Source of the DNA: Prorocentrum cordatum
Taxonomy: Eukaryota
NCBI GenBank assembly: GCA_963575745.1
Contig: CAUYUJ010000001.1
Span: forward strand, 3,348,001 to 3,412,000
Reading direction: 5' to 3'
DNA: 64,000 nucleotides
The translations under genes and the position numbers were made by a program. Shown here piece by piece: positions 36,960 to 50,085 of the stretch (positions are counted from its first letter, which is position 1; every line of letters begins with the position of its first letter). The notes beneath the pieces are model-generated. The model saw only the letters and a list, made by a program, of their open reading frames with translations, was not told where the DNA came from and did no database searches.

Positions 36960-37900
36960 GTGTGGCACGATTAACCTGGAGCGAATAAGTGCACGACCCT
37001 GAGTGAAGTGTCACAACTACTCCACGCCAAGCAAACGTCATGTCTGGCCTCGCCTTTCATCCAGATGGGTGTGCATCATTTCCATCGGTGGTGACGTAGC
37101 TGCCCGCGTAGCCGTTGAGAGAAAAATCTACACATCGGGGTTGGCCTCGTCAATGTTCGCACCAACCGTGAACTTCGCTAGAGGTTTTGGCGAGTTCCAA
37201 GAACACTCGGCATCACTCGCGGCACGCGGCTTCGGTGTCGGAACCAGGGCTGTCGAGAAGTTTCTCGATCGGCACATTTGCCGCCCCGCTGTCCTGGATC
37301 AAGGGTGACGACTTCATTGTGCTACTCCACGGCAAGGAGTCTGCAATCGGCGGCCCTTTCGTCGACGTTGGTCTCCAACTTCTCGCTCCCGCAAGGGATG
37401 TGGATGTGGTTGACATTATGGTGGCGGTTTGCGTTAACGACTGTCGCGATTTTGTCAAGGACTCCCAACGCGCAAGCTTCACTCCGACCCGTGGCAGCGC
37501 GGGTCAACCCAGGTGATCTCGGCGTGATGCCCTCGGCATACTCGACGCCTTCTGCAAAACTCTGCCGTGCCGCTGGTGAATGGGAGCGCGTTCGTGAAGG
37601 GATACGCCAGTCAGCCAGGGTGGGCGGTAAGAAGAGCACCATGGTCACGGGCAGTGCCAATCTCAGCGCGAGAAGCAACGGGATCGGCAGGCTGCCCGTC
37701 CCGGGAAGTCCAGACCACGCGGCGCGCTCACTGTGGGACGCCACGGCCAGCATCGGACCGTCGCCACGAAGTCGCACGCGAGCCACTTGAGGCAGGGGCC
37801 AACAGGGGTCAGGGGCGCGTCGCATACGCACGCGGCATGCCGTAGCCCAGCTCGATCTCAGGCAGGGAAATCCGCCGACATTGGCGACGGCTGCGAGGTT
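36960..37900 (-). pseudogene. Possible LTR-retrotransposon gag-protease relic
   Basis: A frameshifted CLR..GYG/HAACVC knuckle-like motif lies upstream of IQDSGAANVP (DSGA retropepsin-like). Confidence 0.28.
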
Positions 37901-38369
37901 CACGACAACGCAGGGACCAGCGTAAGCGGAGGTGGGGAGGCGGTAGGAGATGCTGAGGTGTAGGCAGCGGTGTTGTATTCAAAGCGAGAGCCCAACACAT
38001 GAGGATTGGACACAAATACTTGGCCGAACGCAAACAACACAACCAGACACCCCCCAAGGGCGGACAAAACATGCCCCCCCCGAAGGGGGGCCACCACATG
38101 CAACACCAGCGACACACACACACACACAAACAACAACACCCCAGGAACTTTGAACACACGACAGCACGACACACATTCAAGACTACCAGCGTCAGCACCC
38201 CACTGCCCCCAAACAGCCAGCCTTGCCCCAGGACGACCAAGCAGCCTCCAAAGCGGTCCTAACCCTGCCCAATGCCTCCACCCGTTCCATGAGGGCTCCA
38301 GGATAGCGATAGCATCAACACGGTCCAAGAGGCCCCACCGACTGCTCAAGTTCGGTGGGTCTACGTGCA

Positions 38370-38810
38370 CCGCTGAACTGCTGAGGAGCGTGAGCTCGAG
38401 CTCCTTTCTACCGCGCGGGCGAAGTCGGGGTCTAGTTTGCGGTCCGCCCCAATCCCCCTTCTTGCCGCGCGGACGAAAGCGAGGTCGAGTTTACGACCCG
38501 CCCCAATGCAGACCGCTTGCTGAACTGCCCTGGGGCGCGAATTCGACCTCCTTGGTGCCGAGCGGGCGAAGATGAGGTGGAATTCACGACTTGCCGCAAT
38601 TCAGACCGCTCGCTGAAATGCCGTGTGGCGTAAACTCGACCTCCTTCCTACCTGCGCGGGCGAAGACAGCTTCGAGCTCACGACCAGCACACGTTCGAAC
38701 AGCTCGCCGAACTGCCGCATGGGCGCGCACTCAACATCCTTCCTGCCGCACGGGCACGGACGAGGTGGAGTTTGCGACCCGCCTCAGCTCAGACCGCTCG
38801 GCGGAATTCG
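38370..38810 (+). repeat. Diverged ~93-bp minisatellite
   Basis: gaccgctcgctgaa recurs near 38511, 38604, 38697 and 38792. Confidence 0.8.
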
Positions 38811-41284
38811 GCTGTCAGCCTGCTGCATTGGCCCAGCGGCGGGGTTTGCTGCAGCCAACTGGATACTTATCCAGAGCCAGCTGGTGGCCCTGGCGGGCCG
38901 ACTCAGGGCCTCCAGGCAAGACGCTGGTCATGCAGATCGGCTCGGCCTGTTGCGCGTGTGGGGCCAGCGCGTGGAGGAAGAAACAATTCTGAGGTCTTGG
39001 CCGCGGCATGCTGGACCTGGCCGAGCCTGCGCTGGGCGGCAAAATATGGCTCGTGGGACGGACAAGTGGATGGTGCAGGTGATGGATTGCCGTGAACATG
39101 CATCAATCTAATGGTGAGACGCCCATAACACCTCAAGTAATTTTAGCGACTATTGCCACGCAGCCAGAGAACTGAGGAGGAACGAAAGAGGGAAGATAAG
39201 GACGATGAGGAAGAAATGATGAAGGAGAAGGGAAAAATTAATAAGATGAGAGGAAAGATGAACCAGGCCCGGCAACCGCGTCCCTTTCGCACAGGGGGAG
39301 CAACCACTCATGCCAACAGCTGGAATTAAGAGAGATCTCCAGGCTCCTGGCGTCAGCGCGCGATGGGGTGGGGGGAGCGCGACAAGGAGGAGTAGAAGGA
39401 GGAGGGCTCATGAGGAGGAGGAGGAGGAGGAGGAGGAGGAGGAGGAGGAGGAGGAGGAGGAGGATGGGAGAGCGAGAGGGGGAGGAGGAGGAATGCAGGG
39501 TTCTGGCTGGCCTTCCGTGGGACACGCTGCGGCCCAGAAGCCCAACTGCACAGAGATTTCGAGACCCTCGGGTCGAGAAGTGACTGTCTAACCTGACAAT
39601 TTCTGAGCCCCTTGGGCCGCTCACATCCATTTTGGAGACATGGGGGGGAGGAATGCTGTGTCAGACATCTCAAGGGCGGGGCTTTCAAACGTTGAGGTCG
39701 CCCCCCCCTTCCGTTCGTCTGAGCGTGCATATTCCGAGAATGCAAACTGCATGCTTCGCTGGTACTGCCATCCCTGCTGCGGGGCCCCAAAGACTCACCA
39801 AGGCCTGCCATGTGATTTCGGATTGGTGACTGTTCTTTCAGGCCCGAATGTCCGAACTGACGATGTTGCACCGCTCCGGCGATGGAATCCTCGTGCATGT
39901 TGGTCTGGTACTCCGACCTGCTTGCAGGGCGATACATCCAAGCACAATCGAAGGTTGCAGACAAAGCTTGGACACCACGGCGCTGCACACGTCTACCGTG
40001 GCCATTCCAACATCGAAGACACCCGCACTCCGCCACATTCTCGTGTAGCAGCGACTGACGGGCTGACCAAGCGAGAACGACTGACGGGCTGACCAAGCGA
40101 GAGATCCAGTGAGTGTGACAGGGACAGGCAGGAAGATAGAAAAAGATGGAGATAGGGAGTGCGAGACATTGGACTAGCCGAAAGGGACACCTGCATTGGC
40201 CAAGAGCGAAGACAACGCCGCCGAGCACATGCGCTTAGAGGGGCGCGAACTCCGACAGGCATGCAGATGTCCTGCCGAGCGTGCTCAGCTCCAACGCGTC
40301 CAAGAAGTCGAGAGAGGTCAGGGACCCGCATGTTCCCGTCCAGCCCTCTGCTTCGTCCTCTGCCTCCTCTGTCCCCCCCTTCGCATCCCTCCTTTCTGCC
40401 CCTTGCCCTCTGATTCCCGTCCTTCTCCGCCTCCGCATCCTCATCGGTTCTCCTCATCCCCTCCGACTTTTCGTCCCCCTTCTTCTTTTTATTCCTCCTC
40501 CTCCGCGCCAATCCACTCACCCCAACAACTGATACCACTCACTCCTCCTTCGTACTCCTTCGTCTTCCTGCCGAACTCATCTTCGATCTCCCCCTTCCTC
40601 CTTCTCTTCCCTCCTCCTTCCTCGTGTCCCTTATTATTCCTCCTCCCTCATCCTCCCTCCCCCTCCTTCGGACTCCCTTCTCTCAAAAATCTTCGTCGAT
40701 CGGCTGGGACTTCAAGCTCCAAAACTGTTGGGTCGGAACCTCACGGTCTTCCAGCACGCCTGGGCTGTCCAGGGGCACGAAGGCCCCTGCGGGGACCGCC
40801 TCCTCCGACTCCTGCGCCACCCCCCCTCTCCTCTTCCTCCTCCTCCTCCTCCTCCTCCTCCTCCTCCTCCTCCTCCTCCTCCTCCTCCTCCTCCTCCGCC
40901 TCCTCCACCTCCTTCTCCTCCTCCTCCTCCTCCTCCTCCTCCTCCTCCTCCTCCTCCTCCTCTTCCTCCTCCTCCTCCTCCCCCCTCCCCTTCCCGCTCT
41001 TTCCCCCTCCTCCTCCCTCCCTCCCATCCCTCCCATTCCCCTCCCTGCCCTCCTCCTCCCTCCCCTCCCCTCCCTCCATCCCTCCCTCCCTCCTCCTCCC
41101 CCCTCCCTCCCTCCCTCCCCTCCCTGCCATTCCCCCTCCCTGCCCTCTGCCACGGCCGCCCGAGCGAGCCCCCCGAAGGGACGGGCACCCGCTCCGGCGT
41201 CCGAGCCGGGCTGCCGGGGGTGGAGCCCGCCCCGGGCCCCGACGCAGCGAAGGGAGGGAAGGTCGGGGGAGGGAGGGAGGGAGG

Positions 41285-43297
41285 GAAGCAGGAGAGAGGG
41301 GAGGGAGTGGAGGGACGGCTGGAGGAAGGGGGAGCGAGGGAAGCAGGATGGGGAGCAGAGAAGGACGGAGGAAGGGGAGTGAGGGAAGCAGCAGAGAGGG
41401 GAGGGAGTGGGGGGATTGCTGGAGGAAGGGGGGTGAGGGAAGCAGGACGGGGAGTAGAGAAGGATGGAGGAAGGGGAGTGAGGGAAGCAGCAGCAGAGAG
41501 GGGGGAGTGGAGGGATGGCTGGAGGAAGGGGGAGCAAGGGAAGCAGAAAGGGGAGTAGAGAAGGATGGAGGAAGGTGAGTGAGTGAGGGAAGTGGAGGGA
41601 GCAGGGGAGGAGAGGGAGTGAGAAGCAGCAGAGAGCTGGGAGGAGCAAGGGGGAGCAAGGGGAGGGAGTGGAGGGATGGAAGGGGGAGCAAGGGAAGCAG
41701 GACGGAGAGTAGAGAAGGATGGAGGAAGGGGAGTGAGGAAAGCAGCAGCAGAGAGGGGAGGGAGTGGAGGGATGGCTGGAGGAAGGGGGAGCAAGGGAAG
41801 CAGAAAGGGGAGTAGAGAAGGATGGAGGAAGGGGAGTGAGGGAAGCAGCAGAGAAGGGATGGAGTGGAGGGATGGGTGGAGGAAGGGGGGTAAAGGAAGC
41901 AGGAAGGGGAGTAGAGAAGGATGGAGGAAGGGGAGTGAGGGAAGCAGCAGAGAAGGGAGGGAGTGGAGGGATGGCTGGAGGAAGGGGGGAGCAGAGGGAG
42001 GCTGGAGGAAGGGGGGTAAGAGAAGCAGGAAGGGGAGTAGAGAAGGATGGAGGAAGGGGAGTGAGGGAAGCAGCAGAGAAGGGAGGGAGTGGAGGGATGG
42101 CTGGAGGAAGGGGAGCAAGGGAAGCAGGAAGGGGAGTAGAGAAGGATGGAGGAAGGGGAGTGAGGGAAGCAGCAGAGAAGGGAGGGAGTGGAGGGATGGC
42201 TGGAGGAAGGGGGGTAAGAGAAGCAGGAAGGGGAGTAGAGAAGGATGGAGGAAGGGGAGTGAGGGAAGCTGCAGAGAAGGGAGGGAGTGGAGGGATGGCT
42301 GGAGGAAGGGGAACAAGGGAAGCAGGAAGGGGAGTAGAGAAGGATGGAGGAAGGGGAGTGAGGGAAGCAGCAGAGAAGGGAGGGAGTGGAGGGATGGCTG
42401 GAGGAAGGGGGGTAAAGGAAGCAGGGAGTAGGAAGGATGGAGGAAGGGGAGAGAGGGAAGCAGCAGAGAGGGGAGGAAGTGGAGGGATGGCTGGAGGAAG
42501 GGGGAGCAAGGGAAGCAGGAAGGGGAGTGGAGAATGATGGAGGAAGGGGAGTGAGGGAAGCAGCAGAGAGGGGAGGGAGTGGAGGGATGCCTGGAGGAAG
42601 GGGGGTAAAGGAAGCAGGAAGGGGAGTAGAGAAGGATGGAGGAAGGGGAGTGAGAGAAGCAGCAGAGAAGGGAGGGAGTGGAGGGATGGCTGGAGGAAGG
42701 GGGAGCAAGGGAAGCAGGAAGGGGAGTGGAGAATGATGGAGGAAGGGGAGTGAGGGAAGCAGCAGAGAGGGGAGGGAGTGGAGGGATGGCTGGAGGAAGG
42801 GGGAGCAAGGGAAGCAGAAATGGGAGCAGAGAATGATGGAGGAAGGGGAGTGAGGGAAGCTGCAGAGAAGGGAGGGAGTGGAGGGATGCCTGGAGGAAGG
42901 GGGGTAAAGGAAGCAGGAAGGGGAGTAGAGAAGGATGGAGGAAGGGGAGTGAGGGAAGCAGCAGAGAAGGGAGGGAGTGGAGGGATGCCTGGAGGAAGGG
43001 GGAGCAAGGGAAGCAGGAATGGGAGTAGAGAAGGATGGAGGAAGGTGAGTGAGGGAAGCAGCAGAGAAGGGAGGGAGTGGAGGGATGCCTGGAGGAAGGG
43101 GGAGCAAGGGAAGCAGGAAGGGGAGTAGAGAAGGATGGAGGAAGGGGAGTGAGGGAAGCAGCAGAGAAGGGAGGGAATGGAGGGATGCCTGGAGGAAGGG
43201 GGAGCAAGGGAAGCAGGAAGGGGAGGAGAGAAGGATGGAGGAAGGGGAGTGAGGGAAGCAGCAGAGAAGGGAGGGAGTGGAGGGATGGCTGGAGGAA
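41285..43297 (+). repeat. ~99-bp polypurine minisatellite, about 20 copies
   Basis: gtgagggaagcagcagagaagggagggagtggagggatggctggaggaagg... recurs at 42061, 42160 and 42259. Confidence 0.95.
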
Positions 43298-43920
43298 GAG
43301 ACCTATCTGAGCACGATAGGGAAAGAAACATCAAGGACAAGGGAAGGATGACACGAAAGTGCGGCGAAGCGGCAATGCCATAGCGAGGGCCTCCAATGTG
43401 AGCACGACCGGTGACCCGGGGCGTCTTCGGTATTGCGAACTGGTCTCTGGGACTTGGCGGCCGACTCCGAGTACTTCTGCGCGGCGACGTGCTCGGGAGG
43501 TACTTATATATTCACGGTCGCAGAAGTGCACTGCACACTTGGAGGGAGGATCCGAGGAAGTCACCACCGAGTCGGCGATTGACTTTATGAGTCGTCACTG
43601 CACGTATCGCAGGCTTCATGAAACTGTCCCTCCGTGGCATCTCACGATCTCCAAGCCGTGCTTGCACTGAAGGGCTCCTCGCTGTTTTTTGCATGCTTCC
43701 CGCCCGGCTTGAGCCCGCAGGCGCTCCGTGCGACAGGCGGGCATGCTGGCGTACCCCGCTGGTGGGCACCCGTGGGCGCCCGCTGGCCGGGTCTGCCAAA
43801 GTGTGGGATGGCGGGCGCCCGTGGGCGCCTCGTGTGCTGGCTGGGTCTTCCGGGTCGTCGATCGGTGAGCGCCGGTGGGCTCACTCACAGTCTGCACCGC
43901 ATAGCTCGCACGTCGTAGGA

Positions 43921-45778
43921 TCCCACCAGCCCTTCGGGGCGTAAGGTGGTCTAGAGCGTTTCCTCTTCCAACCACCTTGTTCCCCTTCGGTGAGGGGTTT
44001 CTCACTGTCCCCTGTTAATGTACACCCCCTCCCCCAGGCGACCAGCGGCCAACCAGGAACCATGCATGCACCCCCCGCCACCCATGTCAAAGATCAATGC
44101 AACACGCGCTCTGCCTCCACATTTGTAGCATGCGCGGCCAACCCGATGCGCCCCCCACCACCATCCCTGCCAAACAACAGCACAACGTACACTTTGGGGC
44201 AAAATCTTGGGTCATGTTCGTCAGGCCCGCGAGCACGTTGTATTGTTTTTGACAATGACAGCGGGGGTGTCAGCATATTGTCTGCTGCGCGCAAGGCTAC
44301 TATCCCTAAGAAAAAACCATACAACATGCACCTCGCGGCTAAATCTGGATGATGCGCGGCCACCCCGCGATCACTGTCAAGCGGTTTTGCACAAGGTCGG
44401 CGGGGGTGGTGGCGCATGGCCTGCTGTGCGCAGGCCCACCCGACACAATGATGGGCATTTCTGTTCGACAAGGGTGGTGGGGGCCGACATGTTTCCCGAT
44501 GTGTGCTGTCACGTGCGCAGGTGCACCTGACACACACTGCGCGTGCCCCGAACGTGGCGCACCTGGCGCGGCTGGAGTATGCGGCACACCCAGCGCACGC
44601 GGAGCACGTGGCGCATCTGGCGCAGCAGACGTGCCTGGCACGCTCGGACCCCAGGGGTTCCTGGAGCGCGTGGCGCGCCTGGCACGCGTGACGCACCGCG
44701 CCCCAGCGTCCCGCACATGGGCTCGGCTCTGGCTCCCAGTAGCTGTTCATCCAAAGACGACCGCTGCACATGCAGAGGCTCGGGCGTTACTGATGTGTTG
44801 GGAGGGCGGGTGGGAGTGAGCTAGACGGCTTGTTATCTAGGAGGGTGTATTGATCTTTCCCCTACCCCCCTTCTTGGACCTGACCGGCCGCGAGCGGTCA
44901 GAACGTCCAAGATGGCCCAAGACGGCTCCAAGAGGGCCTCTGAGAGCCCAAGATGACCTCCAAGATGGCTCAAGATAGCCCGAGATGCCTCACGATGGCT
45001 TCCAAGATGCTCTTAGAGGATCCAATTAGGTTCCAAGACTGCTCCAAGAGGCCTCCAAGACATCCAATGAGGCCTCCAAGAGGCCCAAAACCTTCCCAAA
45101 CCTAGGGAAAACCAATGATTTTTGTCTTCTCGCCTTTTCGCTGCCGATTTGCCATCCGAGGCCTCGACATTGCTCCAAGATGGCCCAAGAGGGGCCCAAG
45201 AGGGGCCCAGGAGAGCCTCAAGACGGCCCCAAGAGCGCCCAAGAGCGCTCCAAGAGCGCTCCAAGAGACCATGTTTGGGGCCCCCGAGTGGCAACAGTAA
45301 TTGGGGAACCCATCTTTTTGGATCGATGTCCTCCAAGATGGCCCCAAGAGGCTCCCAAGAGGCCCCCAGGAGGCCCCCAAGAGGACTCCACGCTGCCCCA
45401 AGAGTCCCCCCCGAGGCACCCAAGACGCCCAAGAGCCCCCCAGGACCGCCAAGAGACCCCCAAGACGTCCCAAGAGGCCACCAAGAAGCGCCCAAGAGAT
45501 ATCCCAAGAGGTTGCGAGAGGCATCCAAGAGACCTCTGGCCCTTTTGCTTGCCATCCTCCTCCTGCTCCTCTTTCCTCCTTCTACTCCTTCTCTTCCTCC
45601 TCCTCATCCTGTTCATCTTCCTTCTCCCCACTCCCTCATCCATTTCCTCCTTCTCCTCCTCCCTCCTTCGCACGGTTCGGCCGTCCCCCTTTTTGCTCTC
45701 CCGCACTCCCTGATCACCTCAACTCGCCTGGACATCGTTTCTGGATGGGCTGTTGGGGCCACGCGACGCGTCTCGAAT
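43921..45778 (+). mobile_element. Helentron-like element, family C, carrying an internal insert (~44000-44840)
   Basis: 5' TCCCACCAGCCC; subterminal GGGCTGTTGGGG at 45747-45758; hairpin ACGC-GAC-GCGT; ends CTCGAAT. Confidence 0.55.
44185..44470 (+). pseudogene. DIRS/Ngaro-type RNase H relic (second copy at ~46292-46577)
   Basis: RCIVFDNDSGGVSILSAARKA..N.HLAAK / (frameshift) WMMRGHPAITVKRFCTRSAGVVAHG resembles FxDN..ALxKG..IW..RVxSxxNxADGxSR. Confidence 0.4.
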
Positions 45779-45906
45779 TTTTACATTGCCTTGCACCCAG
45801 AACACACACATTCATACATTCATTCATACATACATACATACATACATACATGCATACATCCATACATACAGTCACTCATGCGTACACATACACAAGTGCA
45901 CACATA

Positions 45907-46289
45907 CGAGCGAGCCCCCCGAAGGGACGGGCACCCGCTCCGGCGTCCGAGCCGGGCTGCCGGGGGTGCAGCCCGCCCCGGGCCCCGACGCAGCGAAGGG
46001 AGGGAAGCTCGGGGGAGGGAGGGAGGGAAGCAGGAGAGAGGGGAGGGAGTGGAGGGATGGCTGGAGGAAGGGGGAGCGAGGGAAGCAGGACGGGGAGCAG
46101 AGAAGGACGGAGGAAGGGGAGTGAGGGAAGCAGCAGAGAGGGGAGGGAGTGGGGGGATTGCTGGAGGAAGGGGGGGTGAGGGAAGCAGGACGGGGAGTAG
46201 AGAAGGATGGAGGAAGGGGAGTGAGGGAAGCAGCAGAGAAGGGAGGGAGTGGAGGGATGGCTGGAGGAAGGGGGAGCAAGGGAAGCAGG
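45907..46289 (+). repeat. Copy of 41161-~41545 (GC-rich head plus first minisatellite units)
   Basis: cgagcgagccccccgaagggacgggcacccgctccggcgtccgagccggg occurs at both loci. Confidence 0.9.
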
Positions 46290-48160
46290 ACAACGTACAC
46301 TTTGGGGCAAAATCTTGGGTCATGTTCGTCAGGCCCGCGAGCACGTTGTATTGTTTTTGACAATGACAGCGGGGGTGTCAGCATATTGCCTGCTGCGCGC
46401 AAGGCTACTATCCCTAAGAAAAACCATACACCATGCACCTCGCGGCTAAATCTGGATGATGCGCGGCCACCCCGCGATCACTGTCAAGCGGTTTTGCACA
46501 AGGTCGGCGGGGGTGGTGGCGCATGGCCTGCTGTGCGCAGGCCCACCCGACACAATGATGGGCATTTCTGTTCGACAAGGGTGGTGGGGGCCGACATGTT
46601 TCCCGATGTGTGCTGTCACGTGCGCAGGTGCACCTGACACACACTGCGCGTGCCCCGAACGTGGCGCACCTGGCGCGGCTGGAGTATGCGGCACACCCAG
46701 CGCACGCGGAGCACGTGGCGCATCTGGCGCAGCAGACGTGCCTGGCACGCTCGGACCCCAGGGGTTCCTGGAGCGCGTGGCGCGCCTGGCACCCGTGACG
46801 CACCGCGCCCCAGCGTCCCGCACATGGGCTCGGCTCTGGCTCCCAGTAGCTGTTCATCCAAAGACGACCGCTGCACATGCAGAGGCTCGGGCGTTACTGA
46901 TGTGTTGGGAGGGCGGGTGGGAGTGAGCTAGACGGCTTGTTATCTAGGAGGGTGTATTGATCTTTCCCCTACCCCCCTTCTTGGACCTGACCGGCCGCGA
47001 GCGGTCAGAACGTCCAAGATGGCCCAAGACGGCTCCAAGAGGGCCTCTGAGAGCCCAAGATGACCTCCAAGATGGCTCAAGATAGCCCGAGATGCCTCAC
47101 GATGGCTTCCAAGATGCTCTTAGAGGATCCAATTAGGTTCCAAGACTGCTCCAAGAGGCCTCCAAGACATCCAATGAGGCCTCCAAGAGGCCCAAAACCT
47201 TCCCAAACCTAGGGAAAACCAATGATTTTTGTCTTCTCGCCTTTTCGCTGCCGATTTGCCATCCGAGGCCTCGACATTGCTCCAAGATGGCCCAAGAGGG
47301 GCCCAAGAGGGGCCCAGGAGAGCCTCAAGACGGCCCCAAGAGCGCCCAAGAGCGCTCCAAGAGACCATGTTTGGGGCCCCCGAGTGGCAACAGTAATTGG
47401 GGAACCCATCTTTTTGGATCGATGTCCTCCAAGATGGCCCCAAGAGGCTCCCAAGAGGCCCCCAGGAGGCCCCCAAGAGGACTCCACGCTGCTCCAAGAG
47501 TCCCCCCCGAGGCACCCAAGACGCCCAAGAGCCCCCCAGGACCGCCAAGAGACCCCCAAGACGTCCCAAGAGGCCACCAAGAAGCGCCCAAGAGATATCC
47601 CAAGAGGTTGCGAGAGGCATCCAAGAGACCTCTGGCCCTTTTGCTTGCCCTCCTCCTCCTGCTCCTCTTTCCTCCTTCTACTCCTTCTCTTCCTCCTCCT
47701 CATCCTGTTCATCTTCCTTCTCCCCACTCCCTCATCCATTTCCTCCTTCTCCTCCTCCCTCCTTCGCATGGTTCGGCCGTCCCCCTTTTTGCTCTCCCGC
47801 ACTCCCTGATCACCTCAACTCGCCCGGACATCGTTTCTGGATGGGCTGTTGGGGCCACGCGACGCGTCTCGCTTTTTTACATTGCCTTGTACCCAGAACA
47901 CACACACATACACGTACATACATACATACATACATACATACATACATACATACATACATACATACATACATACATACATACATACATACACACAACCATA
48001 CACACAACCATACATGCAAGCACACACACATACATACATATATATACATACAAACATGCATACACACATACATTCATACACACATACACGCATACAAACG
48101 TACATGCATGCATACATCCATACATACAGTCGCTCATGCGTACACATACACAAGTGCATG
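46290..48160 (+). repeat. Near-identical direct duplicate of 44182-45900
   Basis: Same sequence at an offset of about 2.1 kb, with few substitutions, an 11-bp indel and a longer CATA tract. Confidence 0.95.
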
Positions 48161-48501
48161 CATACATGCATACATACGTACGTGCACACATACATACACA
48201 CACACGTACATACACACATACACACCATACGCGCATACACACATGCACTCATACACACATCCACACATACCAAACACATACATACATACATACATACATA
48301 CATACATACATACACACATACATACACACACATATACATACATACACACATACATACATACACAACCATACATACATACATACATGCATGCATGCATGCA
48401 TGTATACATTCATACAAATATACATGCATCGATGCATACATACATACACACGCCCGTGTGCACGTACGCATATACATACGTACCCACGTACATGTTACAT
48501 G

Positions 48502-48532
<31 letters not shown>

Positions 48533-48800
48533 CATACATACATACAAACACACGTACACATACATACATACATACATACATCCATACATACATACATACA
48601 TACATACATACACACATACACACATACACACATACATACATACATACATACATACATACATACGCACACATACATACATACACACATACATACATACATA
48701 CAAACATACATACATACAGCATTACGTATACACATGCACGCATATGCATCTATCCATCCCTACATACATATACACAAACACATACAAACATATACATACT
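47897..48800 (+). repeat. Compound (CATA)n/(CA)n microsatellite
   Basis: Direct inspection. Confidence 0.97.
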
Positions 48801-49499
48801 CTAGTATTCGTATACAAGACCCCGCCCCCGTACATCAATTCGGCCCTGGGCGCTCCCATCGGGAACAAAAATACAATTGTCGGTTCCAGCGGGGGTCCTC
48901 CAGGCCATCCCAAGAGGAAGACGCCAAAGCAGGCCCAAGACCGCTCCGGAACGCCCAAGCTGGCCCCAAAAGGCATCCAAGACGTCCCATGAGAGCCCGA
49001 AGATGGCCCCAAAGAGGGCACCCGACACCAACGTTGAGTTATGTTCTAAAAATGTTCGATCGATTTGAACATGCTCGCTTTTTCGGACTTCCGACTTCGG
49101 ACCGCGCAAAGCGGTCAAAGAGGCCCCCAAGATCGCCCCAAGACGGCCCAAGTGGCTCTTAAGAGGGCCCCAGAACGGTCCAAAAAGCTTCCAAAACGGC
49201 CCAAGAGGGCCCCAAGACAACCCAAGAATCCCTGCAATACTGCCCAAGATGGCCCCAAGAAGGACAACCCGAGCTGACATTTCGAGCTTCTTCCCCTAAC
49301 ATGGCCCCGGAGACAGCCGAGGGGTCCCCAAGACGCCTCTAGAGGCCCTCAAGAGGCCACCAAGAGGCCCCCAAAGCCACCAAGGCGTCTTCAAAAGACC
49401 CCCGGGGAAGCCCCAGAAATGCTTCAATGATCTGGTCTCGGGGGCCCCCAAGAGACCCCAAGAAGTTTCCCATACAGGCCTCTGCATGTCCCTCACGTT

Positions 49500-50085
49500 C
49501 CACAGGTCCCCAAGGTCTCGCGGGTTTCAGAGGCCCCACAGGTCCCGCACATTCCACAGGTCCAACAGGTCCAACAGGTCTCGCAGGTCCTCCAGGACCT
49601 ACAGGTCTCGCAAGTCCCCCAGGTCCCACAGGTCTCGAAGGCCCACAAGTCCTACAGGTCCCACGTGTCCCAAAGGTTCCGCAGGTCCAACAGGTCGCAC
49701 AAGTGTCGAAAGCCCCGCAGGTTCCATAAGTCCAACAAGTACCACAAGTCCAACATGTCCCGCAAGTCTCATGGGTCTCACAGGTCCCGCAGATCTCGCA
49801 GGTCCTACAGGTCCCACAGGTCCCGCTGGTCCCACAGGCCCCACGGGTCCAACATGTTTACAGGTCTCGCAGGACCTACAACTGCCACAGGTCTCCCATG
49901 TCCCGCAAGTCGCACAAGTTCCACAAGTCCCACAAGTGAAGTATCAAAGATCCCACAGATCTCACACATCCTAATACAGGTGTCGAAAATCCAGCAATTC
50001 CCTCAAATGTCGCACATCCCATGGGACCCACAGCTCGCATAGGTGCCGCAAGTCCAGTAAACCCGCAGGTCCCACAAGTACACTG
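49500..50085 (+). repeat. 9-bp minisatellite (ACAGGTCCC), reads as Gly-Pro-Thr
   Basis: Recurring caggtccca/caagtccca units with frame-breaking indels. Confidence 0.85.

Noticed and set aside
38830..40060. Possible exons or LINE C-terminal fragments (VLAAACWT; VFDVGMAT)
   Set aside because: Short isolated motifs with no consistent frame or splice pattern.
40683..43340. 885/831/788-aa ORFs
   Set aside because: Translations of a stop-poor 99-bp minisatellite that is open in several frames.
43359..43680. N-terminal half of the DIRS-like RNase H (VLIYS motif)
   Set aside because: The similarity is too weak to support, and it lies outside the element that contains the better fragment.
47287..49162. 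Long His/Thr/Tyr/Ile-rich ORFs
   Set aside because: Translations of the CATA microsatellite.
49427..50085. Collagen-like Gly-Pro-Thr gene
   Set aside because: A 9-bp minisatellite with frame-breaking indels and no signal peptide or flanking domains.
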